A stretch of DNA of 64,000 nucleotides from Phoronis australis. Its lineage: Eukaryota > Animalia > Phoronida. Shown piece after piece: positions 1-12,560 of this stretch. The position numbers and the translations under genes were made by a program. The stretch covers positions 209,812-273,811 of the forward strand of contig NMRA01000564.1 in the NCBI GenBank assembly GCA_002633005.1, given 5' to 3'. The notes beneath the pieces are model-generated. The model was not told the origin of the DNA, did not search any database, and saw only the letters and a list, made by a program, of their open reading frames with translations. The first letter of the stretch is position 1. Every line of letters starts with the position of its first letter.

Positions 1-352
1 TTTACTTTCATAAATCGGTATCGTAATACTACTTATCATAATAGGATTCTATTTGTTACTAACAAAAACATCGGAACTATCAGAGATTCGAGAATGAAAC
101 ACTTTAGCGTTTATAGGCGTTGGCCAAAACTAAAATTGCGAATTCGAAAATGGCGCGTGTAGTCATTGCTTGAGTTGTCGGCTCAAATCAAGAACGGGTG
201 GTCAATGTATTGTTTTTAAACCTCTAACGCTTCCGTTAAGAAATCGCGTGCTTGAATTCGCTCGGGTGCACGATCATAATTTATATGAGACTTTAATTTT
301 CGTCCCTGCTTTCGAAAATCTTTTGTAAACAATAAGCCTCGTTCTTTTTCAG

Positions 353-915
353 ATCCAGGCTGTTACAGGGAAGGACCGCAGAGAGATCTGCCTCTGAGAG
401 CTTACGGAGACCAACAAAACACGCGTGAACGGTGTCGCGAAGCATGCCGAGAACGGAACTATAAATATGCTGGGGTGCAAAATGGTGTAGGATGCTGGTG
501 TGGCAATAGTTACGGCAGATACGGCAAGGCTCCCGAGGAGCAATGCAGTTATTCATGTTCCGGTAACGCTGCGCAGACATGCGGCGGCTGGTTTAAGAAC
601 TATATTATGAAGGTTATTCCTGATGAACGAATTAACTTGCCAGGATGTTTCCGAGAGTCACATGACAGAGAATTGTATCATAGAGCTTACAGCGATGACA
701 ACAACACGCGAGACCGTTGCAAGACGGTATGTCGAGAGGGTGGTTATAAATATGCGGGTGTACAAAATGGCGTAGGATGCTGGTGCGGAAACGAGGCGGG
801 CGTTCATGGAGCAGCACAAGCGTCAGAATGTAGCACGCCGTGCTCGGGAAATCGGGACGAGACATGCGGTGGATGGTACATAAATTACGTAATGGAATCT
901 GGCTATGGGTCTTAG
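353..915 (+). CDS. 3'-terminal coding exon of a protein ending in two tandem WSC (Cys-rich carbohydrate-binding) domains; upstream exons lie outside the window
   Basis: Acceptor gttctttttcAG at 351-352. The frame is open from there: PGCYREGPQRDL...CREACRERNYKYAGVQNGVGCWCGN...CSYSCSGNAAQTCGGW, then PGCFRESHDREL...CKTVCREGGYKYAGVQNGVGCWCGN...CSTPCSGNRDETCGGW. The GCY...C..C....YAGV..G..CWCG...C..C.G....CGG pattern is the WSC signature. Stop TAG at 913-915. Confidence 0.9.
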
Positions 916-945
916 AAGAAACAATATTCCTGTATGAAAAAGGGG

Positions 946-950
946 ATATA

Positions 951-981
<31 letters not shown>

Positions 982-982
982 T
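946..982. repeat. (TA)n microsatellite just 3' of the WSC gene stop
   Basis: Direct reading: atataatatatatatatatatatatatatacatatat. Confidence 0.95.
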
Positions 983-3483
983 CATTGCTGCAACTTAAAG
1001 TGTACGAATGTGAGCGCCACGAGTCGGGGAAGGTGATATCAGCCACACCGAGAGATGAGCCAGGTCGCGAAGGCACTGCACCGTATTGCCGCGCCATTAG
1101 GCCCATGGCTGTCTTTGCGGAACTGCGCTTATGTGCGAAACTTAGGCGCATGCGCCAATATGAAAACTACTTGGGCAAAAAGGTCGCCGGAAAAAGTCAT
1201 TATTTCGGATAGCTTCATGGGCCTAAAGGCGTGGTTATACCGTAAATGTGTATACTTAAACAACATTATCACCGTCACAGATGACAACACTTCCTTTTTG
1301 CTCCAACAAGAACAACAGATGGGTGCATCGCTCAAAAATTATGTTAATACCCAGTAAAGTTGATTTTCAGAACTCAATATTTGTTCATTTGTGACGTTCA
1401 ACCGAATTTCAAGTTATACAGCATTATAAAGAAAAGCTCACAAAACTAAGAACATTTCACACATTATATTTGTCCTTCCTACACCCTGATTTCTGTTAAC
1501 TATGGGAGTGGATAAGATGGTCAAACATTTATTCCGGAGGAGTGTTCAGCCATGGTTCAAGTTCCGTTTATGAGTTTTGGTCGACTTATGTTTTCAAATT
1601 TATTGTCGTCTTGTGAGTAGACCTACGAATAACGTGTTGTTTCTAGGAAGCATTTGATCGTGTAATTATGAAGTACGAATGGTCGAAGTTTTATATCCTT
1701 CGACGAGTCCCTGGGAGTCCCAAGGATGTAACACAACTGTCTTCAGGAGAAAAAACTAAAGACGGTTGCTCAATTCGCCAGCATTAGCCCCCCCCACGCT
1801 TGCAGTGTGTACTTACACGGTTTGTGAATTTAACTGAAGACCTTGTCAAAGGAAATAATTTTGTTATCCTAAAGTGGCTATGAACACGGGATCGTCCAAG
1901 AAGCAAACTTTTGTTTTGACCACCGTGACTTGGAGAAGTAAATATGGTCAAAACTTGTTCCTTAATAGTATAAGTGGTTTCTGGATTTGCAAAGAATTGA
2001 CATTTTGTTTTTATTTGAAAAGCCTTGACAAGACATTTTCTCTGTTCACGAGTAATAACAAACTGTCAGTTCTTTGTAATCCCTGAAATCACTCCAGTTT
2101 AACTATGGAACAATTTGAGACCTATTTTTATAACGGTTTGTGGTTTAAATTATAAATGTTGTTTTTGTGACGGAACTTCGGGAGATTTATAGACGCTTCA
2201 ACCTACTGGTTACCAAAAAGTCTTTCCGGCTCGTGTCTCAAACAACGCATCTTGGAGCACGTGTCTCAAATAACACATCTTGAAATGATATAAACAAGCA
2301 AACTTTATGCGTATATGTATTCCCCTTCAGGTGCCAATTTTTTCCACAAATCTCATGGAATTCCGCTGAGACAGGTCATTCAGTTATTGCGCTACGGGTC
2401 GGAATGCCGTCACATGTATTAACATAGCACATAAAGAGCATTCAGCTGTCCGAAAATGTCAATCTCTCATCACGAAAAGAATATAAACACATATCAAATC
2501 GAAATTCATAATTTAATAATGTTCTTTCAGCAAAATAATTACAAAATTCACTAAAGATTTCGCAGTTTACTTTTTAAATTTTTGAAGTTTTAATTTCTAC
2601 AAAATGCATATGGTTGAATGGCAATCCACAGTAAAACCGATGCGAAAGCACATGTATTTGGCTATAGGGCACGTTCCTATTACACTGACATTTTTCAAAT
2701 GATAAAAAACTTTTTGTCATTGGTGAGAGCAAATTAAGGAAGGCGTGTCGTTGTGAGAGAGTTAATTGCAATTAACAATTAAAATTGTTCACGTACCGGT
2801 ACATATAGTATGTTCAAGAATAAACTGCGGGTTCCCGCTGAGGTTTTCCAATACCACCGTCTTTGAGCAAGACGATAAAACTTAAAAAGCTTACAGTCGA
2901 ACCGCGTGACAACGTACGTGAACGTTCCAGGGTCGCAAACGTTTAGGTCCTAGCGGGAGGCGTGTTCCGATGTAGCATTAAATCTTGACCAAGCGAAAAT
3001 TGCCCTTGCGTCATTTTGTATTATTGTTTTCAAGGTTGACAAACGATCGTGGGTCGGTTTTAACCGGGTCTCAATATGATCATAGACTATATAATCTATG
3101 ATATGATGTGCAAATTGTGTACAAATGACGTAATTGCCAGTTGTTAAAAGTGAAAAATTGTGGCATATCCGATGGTGATTAAATAAAAAATGAACAAGCC
3201 TTATTGCCTGTATTTTGCAGCAAATGTGGTCGTTTTGAACCTCAAGCCTTAATTGCCTGAAACTTGAGTGTCATTAAACTGTTTCCAACATTCCGTTGGT
3301 GCATACATAGAAATTCGAACATAAAATTTCGTTTGGCAGTGTAAATCATAGACATCACAAGATTATTAAGATGTCTATAGTGTAAATTCTTAACCAAAGT
3401 GAAGCTAAAATAACACTAACTTTAAGCCACCGATTTCCCAAACTTTAAGAACGGAAATAAAATGATTCAAACACGCCTAAATA

Positions 3484-5126
3484 ATGCGTCCACATATAAA
3501 TATGTGGGCGCATAAAAACAACACAGATAACAATGCGCCCACGAATGCACCGCTAACGATGAGCTTCTAGGGGTGTTTACTTGAAACTTGAAATGGCAAC
3601 TAGATGGCGCAAAATATGTCGAGTCCATCCAAAAACTTGTATGTGTCATCAAAGCTACTTACCAAATTTCATAAAAATCCGTCAAGGAACATCGCAGAAA
3701 ATAGAGGAAATGAACGAAAAAATGAAATTGCCACTAAGTGGCTATAAGCAAAAAACGCAACTGCCATTAAGAGGCGCCAAAGTAGATAAAGTCGTCGGAA
3801 ATTCATCGTCAGACTTCCGCTTCACATTAGGAATTCCACAACTATCCTTAAAGTGATTTGGTTGACAGAGGAGCAGAACCAAACAACAAGACTCGAAAAC
3901 AGTAAAAATGTCCACAAGGTGGCACAAAAAGCCTCGAATTTTACCAAAAACCGGATGATAGCGTCACCTCACTATTAGATGCCTAACCTGCCAAATTTTA
4001 TGAAAATCCATTGACGACCTCTTAAGATACAGAGGTAAACGTAAAGAACTAAAATTGCCACTAGGGGGCACACCGGTAGCCCTATCCGTCCGAAAGTCGT
4101 CACCCTCTGTTGTCAACTTCAGGCACCAGCAAAATTCAATACAGATCCTGTAGAGCATTTAAGAGATACAGCCATGGGCACAAAAACAAATAAAACTGCC
4201 ACTAGGAGACGCCACAGTAATCGAAGTTGTCGGTAAATCGTCGTCAGCTGCCTTCTTCACAATAAGAATATATATGCCAATTTTCAAAATCATAGAGCGG
4301 TTTGGTTGATAGAACGGCGGTCGCAAAAAACAGACTCGAAAACAGTAAAAATGGCCACTAGGTGGCGCAACGTACCTCCAATCCGTCCGAAAACAAGAGG
4401 ATGGCATCATCTCACTATAATAGATGCCTAACTGCCAAATTTTACGAAAATCCGTTGAGGACCTCCAAATATACAGAGGTAAGACTGAAAAATTAAAATT
4501 GCCACTAGGGGGCACACCAGTAGTCGGAGAGGGCCAAAATTCATTGTCATTTGTCGTCAGCTTCATGGGAACACATCTGCCAAATCTCATCAGTCAAGAT
4601 CCTGTGAGGGGTTTAGGAGATACAGCCATAGGCGCAAAAACAAACAAAACTGCCACTAGCAATCGCCACAGCATTTGAGGTCGTCGAAAAATTGCAGCCA
4701 GCCAATTTTCAAAATCATAAATCATCCCTGGAGCGATTTGGTTGATAGAATGGCGGACACCAAAAACAGTAAAATTGGCCACTAGGTGGCGCAAAATACC
4801 TCGACTCCGTCCGAAAACAGGAGGATGCCATCACCCATTAATAGATGCTTTTAAAACTGCCAAATTTTATGAAAATCCGTTGAGGGCTTCTGAAGATACA
4901 GAGGTAAGCGTAAAAAACTAAAATTCCCACTAGGGGGTAAACTGGTAGTTAGAGAGGTTCAAAATTCGTCGTCCTCCGTCATCAGTTTCAAAGGAACACA
5001 TCTGCCAAATCTCATCAAGATCCTGTGAAGGGTTTAGGAGATACAGCAGCAGACGCAGGATGCCGGACGTCTAGACAGAGACAACTGCAATATGAGACCA
5101 CATATAAATACGTGGGTGCATAAAAA
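3484..5126 (-). mobile_element. Non-autonomous Helentron-associated (HINE/DINE-1-like) element with an internal ~147-bp tandem array, plus an extra truncated head at 3484-3517
   Basis: Terminal hairpin ccacatataaatacgtgggtgcataaaaa (~5098-5126). Complementary subterminal repeat aatgcgcccacg (~3532). Internal repeats with GCCACTAG(G/T)GGC-type cores at about 3911, 4057, 4198, 4354, 4501, 4652, 4778 and 4927. A homologous element lies in opposite orientation at 38318-39542. Confidence 0.7.
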
Positions 5127-5156
5127 GTAAACCAACTTGGACATTTAGCAGCAAAC

Positions 5157-5162
5157 TTTATT
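5157..5162 (-). terminator. PAIP2: Probable polyadenylation signal (AATAAA on - strand) of PAIP2
   Basis: tttatt on + strand, about 1.07 kb downstream of the PAIP2 stop and just before the HINE terminus. Confidence 0.45.
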
Positions 5163-6235
5163 ATCATCAGTACCCACTGTGTATTGTGGATATTTTTCTC
5201 GTAACACATTTTTCTCATAACAAGTTTCTTTGTTTCCTCCAACACGTTGCCAGCATCAAAATGCACAAATCTGAGAGATTCTCACCTGTTTAGCTAGTAC
5301 ACTGGCTAGAATACCAACACAGTACAGAAAGTGAGATACTACACCACTCAATCAAAATCACCTTAACCTTGAATGGAGGACTGACTCTACACCAAAACTG
5401 AGGTTCAACTCGGCCTTTGTCTTAATTCTTTTAAGACTGAAAATCTAGAAATGATCATTTTGTCATATTCCTGCCTTGTTTATATTTTTATCCCATAACA
5501 TCAAAAAGCAATCGTACCAACAACATTCCCTTCATCATAAGTACAACGGGCAATAAGAACTATTTACACACTTACTTAACAAAGTGTAAGCCCTCTTACA
5601 CATGCACTTACTTAACAAAGTGTAAGCCCCCCCACAAAAAAACACTAGCATTCTATTTTCATATTACTGCACTTCATGACTGCCTGTATACCCTCAACAT
5701 CAGTGTCTAAAAGAACATCATTCATGTCTAAACAACGTCAGGGCTCATTTTAATACCTCAGCAAAATGTCTTCTTCAGTCTTTAAGCAACACTCTTGCAG
5801 GTTTTGCTACGCAAGTTCATATTTTTTATTTAAAAAGTCTCTGAACACGGGGAAAACTTGCCTTCCGAGAGCCTTTTAAACCCGTTACACATACAATAAA
5901 GACAATGCCGAAAATAGGACTAGTGCTAAAAGACAGTGCAATCTTTCATCAGATTCAAATGCCGAAACAATATCACGTCCTCACTGTTTTAGTAACACGG
6001 GCGCTCACTCGGAGCAACAAAATAGTACAAAAACTTAATACTGATGAGCACCGTTGCACCGTCTTCATAAACAATATAACATGTACATATACTCTTAACC
6101 TACACAGCACAATGGTGCAAGCACTTTTTAAACATTTTATATACACGTTTTTGTGCTTTTTAGTTGGTTTTTATAGATTTTATCACAGATTTTTTTGGCC
6201 AGGCATTGAAATAGATCCTGTTTAGATTCATCAGA

Positions 6236-6310
6236 CTAGCTGTCATCACTACCACAACTTCTTGGCACAAACTCTGGGGCTTCTGGGTTAAGTCTGTTGC
6301 TTGGAGCAAC
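6236..6310 (-). CDS. PAIP2: PAIP2 last coding exon (PAM2 motif)
   Basis: Acceptor ttttatttgcAG. Encodes VAPSNRLNPEAPEFVPRSCGSDDS*; SNRLNPEAPEFVP matches the PAM2 consensus (S.LNP.A.EFVP). Phase 0. Confidence 0.92.
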   Translation of the reverse strand, partial: VAPSNRLNPEAPEFVPRSCGSDDS

Positions 6311-6689
6311 CTGCAAATAAAAATAAAAAATCAACTTCACTTTAAGATCTAGCTGGAAAAACACATTCCAGGCCATGCTATGCCCTAAATTCACCCAGGC
6401 AACAATTGGTCAGTCCTGTTAATTTTCTGGAAATCCAGGTAAACCATAACATATGAAATGGATAGATTTGCGACTAAAATTCAAAAGTCCGTTATGTGGT
6501 ATCGTGCCAGCCATCTCCCATTCACCCAGACACAATTTTTCTCTTCTCGCCGCTAAAAGGGAGTCTTTAACTTGAACCTTATACATAAGCCAGAGGGGCA
6601 TTTTGAAAACGCAGCCACCAATTCATTTTCCATGAAAAGGATCACTGCATGCCGCACGACCTGCAATCCAACCTCTGAACCCAACTTAC

Positions 6690-6857
6690 TGGAATGCTCA
6701 GTGAAGGTTGCTGAGAGATGTCCAGGTACTTGAAGCCATCAACTAGCTGAGTGGACTCGGGTGGGGACGTCCAAGGGGCGTACCAGGTGGTTTCCTCCTC
6801 CTCCTCATCCTCCAAGAGCTCCTCAATACAGTTTTCAATGAATAGTTCCTCTTCCAC
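6690..6857 (-). CDS. PAIP2: PAIP2 middle coding exon (acidic PAM1 region)
   Basis: AG|GTGGAA...CCA|GTAAGT, 168 nt, phase 0/0. VEEELFIENCIEELLEDEEEEETTWYAP... resembles vertebrate PAIP2 [24 protein letters not shown]. Confidence 0.92.
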
Positions 6858-8315
6858 CTATGTAAACATAATTAAATAGGTCAAATGTAACCATAATTAA
6901 AGGCGAAGGCAACCTTTTTCATGTCATTTTTAGCAAAAGTAAGGTTCATTGATTATCTCAGACATATTTTTCACTTAATTACAGCTTTTCGTAATTTAAT
7001 TAAGTACTAGTCCACAAGAGCACCAGCCATCCAGCGGCAAGGTGGGGGTCAGCCGATTTTCACCAAATTTGGCACATTGGTAGTCCTATGGGATCTAAAA
7101 ACAGTGGTAAAATATTTCCTCGAAATATTACGTTTTTCCAAAGTTATAGGCTCAAACACATTTTACGGCTTTGCAGTCATGTTTTCACGGTATAAAAACT
7201 GTCCAGTTTTAACTGTTTAAATTTTTCTTTGAATAAAAGCTATCGATTTATTATTTACTTGGCATTGTTTAGTGGTGCCTATAGATTGTTACACAGATGT
7301 CTTGAAACACGATTCCGATTTACCAACGTCATTTAGTAGTTTTACTACACTGCCTCCCGTTATGCCATTTTGAGGTTGTGTTCAGTACACTGCTGTACCA
7401 AATCTGCTCCCACTGCTATGAGAATGAAACTTGGCCAAAATGTTGACCAAACATGTTACTTTCATTGCATAAAATAAAAACTTTGTCAGCCAGTTTATTA
7501 CTTATACATTTTGGCACCTCAAATGTACTAAAATGAGAAATTTTCAAATATCTGAGATCGATGCGTGAGCACCATAAAATCAGATTGTCCTTCATGTTGT
7601 TCGATATTTTGCAACAAGTTAGTTCCTCCTGAATGTTTTGAATGTTTTAATATTTACCACCTAAGGCTATAGTACTCCTAGATACCATACATGGCTCCAT
7701 TTTGTAAAAAGCCGATTATGTCCTCCACAGTGAACAGGGTTAGACATGAACTCGACAAATGTAGGTTATTTTGACTTACAGTTGTTATACCTTGCAATTT
7801 CCTGATGGATATTTCTTCACACATATTCAAGTCAGATTTTCTGTTGATCAAATGTGTATGCAATGCATTGTAATATCAAATGAATGGTAAGTTTGGTGGC
7901 ATGATGGTCCAATCACAGTGCTGGTGCTCAATGAGTCATCAAAAATTGGCCATCATTAAAAACAGAGTGAGAAATACTGGCTTATAAAACAGAAATAACA
8001 AACTCAAAGGCAATTTTTCCCCTGATTCAATATCACCAATCCCTCTAGTGGTAGCCATTTTGCTCGTGTACTCGTCGAAAGATATTGCAAGTTTGCATAA
8101 TCTTGCCTCACAAAATGTATGCCAGTACTCTGTTTGAAATGATCACTCAGAAGTAACACTACAACCCTTGATATTCAGATGCGATGCAACAAAACAGAAA
8201 AGACCGGCGTTGGAAGTTTAAGATGAAAGGGGGAAACAAATGTGAAATCACAATTAAGTGTTCCTTGGGGAGTCTCCAGCCCATACATGGAGTTGCGGGA
8301 CACAGATGGCATCAG

Positions 8316-8575
8316 TGTATGTATGTATGTATGTATGTACGTATGTATGTACGTATGTATGTATGAACGTATGTATGAACGTATGTATGCACGTATGTAT
8401 GCACGTATGTATGCACGTATGTATGCACATATGTATGCACGTATGTATGCACGTATATATGCACGTATGTATGTACGTATGTATGTATGTATGTATGTAT
8501 GAACGTATGTATGTATGAACGTATGTATGTATGTATGTATGTATGTATGTATGTATGTATGTATGTATGTATGTA
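8316..8575. repeat. Compound (TATG)n microsatellite with 12-bp variants (GCACGTATGTAT, GAACGTATGTAT) in a PAIP2 intron
   Basis: Direct reading; it explains the spurious repetitive ORFs at 8184-8593. Confidence 0.97.
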
Positions 8576-9949
8576 CCTACTTATGTGTGACAATGTTGAG
8601 TACTAAACGCAGTGAGTGAAAATTTGACAAATGTCGATTTTACATTCTTAACAATTATTTTAAACACAAATTGAAAAGCTTTTTAACATTGTGTGGCCAC
8701 GGACAGAACTTTTCTTAACTAACTTTTACGGTAAGCATAAAGTGTTCCATTGGTCTGAATTTGAATGAGCAAAGGAACCCTATTCACTGTGCAGAATTAA
8801 ATGAGTGAATAATAATGATGGAAAGTTCCTGCATGGTAGGTTTCCCTTAGTAGTAAACAGCAAGTAAACAGCAAATGCAATTTGCAATTAAACATCTGTA
8901 AGGTCAACAAAAATGCAATGAACTGGCATTTAGTAAAAATTGTGCAGTCAAGGGGCTAGTCCAATATTAGCTAAATAGTCTCCATAAGGTTTTGAGTGAT
9001 AACAGCTCTATTCCAAGAACTACCTGAACAACAAAACTCCTGCAGACCTCAGATAAAACACATTACAGTAGCAACCAGGTCAATCCCATAGCAGTTAAAT
9101 ACTAACACATGAAGGTCAAAACACAATAAAGGTCAAACTTGTTTTGATTCTAATCTTATATACCATGATCATGTGCACAACACAAGGCCAAGTTTTTATG
9201 GGAGGGGGGGGATTTCTGTAGATAAGTCCATCCGATGAAACGCCCATGGGCATTTATTCAGAAAATTATGCCAAATACATGCCCCTGGGCATTCATTTGG
9301 AGTTATAACTTGTGGTGGCAAGTATAAAGATAGTCGGACGCTTATTTGGAAAATTTCTTTTTAAAAGTCCATTCAGCTTCAACTTTTTGTCACAAATTCA
9401 ATTTTGTGGAGCATTTGTCATATTTATAAAAACAAACAAGGTGTTGGCGTTTATTAACATAAATTAACATAAATTTAAGAACGCAGTTTTAAGTAAAAAA
9501 ATGTCAAAGTCACCAAAACTATGACTTTCCGTTTATATGCCCCCCTTTTCCAAATAAACGCCCGGATGTTTATTTGGTGTGGCTAAAATGCCAGAAATTT
9601 TTCATTTTCCGAATACATGCCCATGGGCTTATCAATGGAAATTCCCAGTAGTGTGCACTTGAAATATTCTTTATTACTATGCACGTGTATAGTATACGAA
9701 GAATCATTGCAAAAAACACGAGCAATTCCCAGTATGTCACAAAAGAGCACCAACCACAATTTCCATGGGACAGACGTACTAAATATATGATGATGACCGT
9801 CATTACTATGCCTTTAACCTGCGTATGAATCTAGAGGTGCTTGGATGCTCAGCCCGTGAAGCTCTCACGTGACCAGACCAGCACAAAACTTTGAGTATAC
9901 CCATGTAATCAGTATTTCACAGGTCAGAGGACCAGCCATTGATACTAAC

Positions 9950-10072
9950 CTTCTTGTCAAATTCTTCCATCTCTTCAGCCATCCACACATATTCAGAAAA
10001 GTCCGATCCCGATCTACCGTTGACATAGTTGTTGGCGTGGGAAGACTGCAGGGTTTCTACTGGGCCCTTCAT
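9950..10072 (-). CDS. PAIP2: PAIP2 first coding exon
   Basis: Acceptor tttgcAG at 10085-10086, ATG at 10072, donor AAG|GTTAGT. MKGPVETLQSSHANNYVNGRSGSDFSEYVWMAEEMEEFDKK resembles PAIP2 MKDP...NG...PFAEYMWMENEEEFNRQ. Spliced product is 121 aa. Confidence 0.92.
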
Positions 10073-10103
10073 TATGTCTGTTACCTGCAAACAAAACACA
10101 TTC

Positions 10104-10440
10104 TAAAGGTTGTGTAGAACCCTAGAAAACATATCCAAATTGGCAAAACTTTGGAACGTCATGCCTCAGAAATGACCGATTGGATTAAACCGCTTTATGC
10201 ATTGTTTTCCAAAATGCTTCATTGCGAATGGTTTTCTAAATGTTCTAATTTTGCATGAAGGACTTTTATGATTTTCAAGAAAAAATCCCTCAAATTGCAA
10301 AAAACAAACAATATTTTAGAAAACTGTAACAAGCATTTTTGTGATCTCATCTTGAACAGTTATCAAATAAAGTTGGATCATATTATTGGTACCGTTGTTT
10401 GGCCATCAGTGCACCTTCCTTGGCTAAGTTTGATTATACC
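10104..10440 (+). mobile_element. Degenerate copy of a TTAA/AGGT-ended (Kolobok-like) non-autonomous DNA transposon family
   Basis: aaggttgtgtagaaccctagaaaacatatccaaattggcaaaactttggaacgtcatgcctcagaaa is shared with copies at ~20591, ~24905, ~28319, ~33697/35459 and 50610. Confidence 0.55.
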
Positions 10441-10574
10441 GTGGTAAACACATGGTCACCTTGGTCACCTGACCACATTAAAGACTGGTTGGTAAAATTT
10501 ATAGTTTTGTAGATGCACACAGACTAGACTTGTCAATAAGGTCCAACAAAACCTTAACGTTAGTTCTTGCAAAC

Positions 10575-10645
10575 AGCCACAAACAATAAGAATAACAACA
10601 AAAATAACAACAAAAAACAACAAAAACAACAACAAAAACAAAAAA
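10575..10645. repeat. (CAA/CAAAA)n low-complexity tract
   Basis: aacaacaaaaataacaacaaaaaacaacaaaaacaacaacaaaaac. Confidence 0.85.
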
Positions 10646-11686
10646 GCAGTCACACTTCACACACAACACACAGAGCTGCACACAGAAGCATGTTTCCCTG
10701 CGTGCATGTGTGAAAATCAAAAATGGTCCATACATAGTTCAAGAATATACTGCCGAATTGCAAAACATTGATGACATCACCAAGAGCACTTCATGACAAT
10801 ATACTCCCAGTCCCTGAACTTTGGTTGGATTTCGGTAAGAACTGCAGAAATTGCACAGAGGAGAACATTTCACTACATGAATGAGTGAAAATCAAGAACG
10901 ACCCATTCACGGAAATGCAGTCTATGGCATTTTGTGAACATACCTTTTGAAAATTTACTCAACCTCCAATGAGAAACGAATAATCTGACTATATCAAATA
11001 CAATTTGACTTAAAAACCAATTTCATAACGGTAAATGGTCTAAATAAACAATGATCATGGAAGGTGATTAAGCCGCTTCAACAAGAAATTCCAAGAAATA
11101 TTTTGTCCATATTTATGGTATATTCCAGCCTGCCAAAATTTAACAACAATGAGGTGAAAAAATGAAAGAATTCCAAAAAAATTAGCAACTGACTATGGAT
11201 GCTGTAGTTCACAAAACCATTAATTTTGTTTTATATGTTTACAGACCAATGACAGACCAGAAGTTAAGCGCAACAAAACAATAGCTCCTATAAAATGGAT
11301 ACCCTGGGGACCTGGGGAAAATCCCAGGCCAGGAACCATAGCTGCACTGTAGTGTAAAGCAGATCAACAGAAATCTAACAAAAGACAGTTCGCATACAAC
11401 ATTCTCTTAAAACAATGTCTAAAATAGATTCTAATTCTCAAACTGACGAGAAAGCGAAGTCACAGACACAGACTAAAGTCGACGAACCCAGGTCGATCAT
11501 TTCATTTGATTTGGACAGAACAAGACAAAGCTCACAAAGGCACAAAGGCCAAAATAATGCTAACCATCACTACAAGAAATGACTCGATTTGCACAGTATT
11601 TGTTGCTTTTTAAAAGGCTTGTCACGCAGTAGCAGATTCATGAAAGGTGATGGATAGTCTAAGTAACACTTAGAAAAAAAACTCAC

Positions 11687-11800
11687 GTTCGGTTCTTCTT
11701 AAGTAAGGAATAATTCTGCTTTTTCAGCAACAACAATCTCTCAACTTCGCGAAATTTAGTATCAAAACAAAGTCACTTATTCTTAACTGCGCAGAATGTG
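11687..11800 (-). other. PAIP2: Candidate non-coding 5' exon of PAIP2 (5' boundary uncertain)
   Basis: Strong - strand donor AAC|GTGAGT at 11686. The first coding exon has an acceptor 12 nt before its ATG, so an upstream UTR exon is required. Confidence 0.35.
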
Positions 11801-12379
11801 TAGAATTCATGCGAAGCGCAAAATAGTTTGAGTCACAATAGTCGGTTTGTCGATCAAACGCACGTATGAAAATCATAAGACATGTATTTTGACCGCATTT
11901 AACTACAAAGTATTTGACAACGGGAAATAAGCTGTTTATTTGGCACGAAATTCATTTTGTAATTCTCACGGCTCACTAATACTCACAGTACGAACTAGGT
12001 GCTAAGTCTTGCTTACAAATATTGTGTGTGTTGAAAGTGTGTCAACAGGGGAGATAATCAGTTGTACTATAGACAGCACGTTCATGTGATGCAGAGAACC
12101 AAGAGAACTGAGTAAACTCTTCCCATAAATTCCATATACAGTACGAAGTATTCGGTGTTCGTGTTAGTCTAGAATAAAAATGATCTCGTGCACCGGGCAT
12201 TACATATTTTGTGAAGGAAGTTAGGTGGAAAAACGAGAATCGATGTTAACAAGCCGAAATGTCTTTTACTTATCTTTGGTTTTGTTAACAGTGGTGAAAA
12301 GATAAAAGACGTATCAATTTTTAAATTAACTCGTTGTCTCGCTCCATAATATAACAGTGGGAGCGCTGCTTTGGATGAA

Positions 12380-12560
12380 CGGTCACCATTTCAAACATTT
12401 TAAAAATGGCATTTGGAATGAATGTCATCAGTCAAGACAAAAATGTCAAAAAAGTTAAAATTTAGCACCTGTTGAGGATAGGCCAATCACAGTTCATGTA
12501 GTGATCATGTGACTACAACCGTCCTCCATCTTGGTAGGTAGAGTAACTGTTGTGTGTCGT
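12380..12560. promoter_or_regulatory. Candidate bidirectional promoter between PAIP2 (-) and RGS12 (+)
   Basis: Lies between divergent genes. CCAAT box (ggccaatcacag ~12481), E-box catgtgac (~12506) and YY1-like aaaatggc (~12402) and cctccatcttgg (~12522) in opposite orientations. Confidence 0.4.

Noticed and set aside
3590-5000. Regularly spaced conserved motifs resembling a CRISPR array
   Set aside because: The 'spacers' are homologous to each other (a ~147-bp tandem repeat), there are no cas genes, and the context is eukaryotic
8184-8593. ORFs with YV/CM/HT repeats
   Set aside because: Translations of the (TATG)n microsatellite
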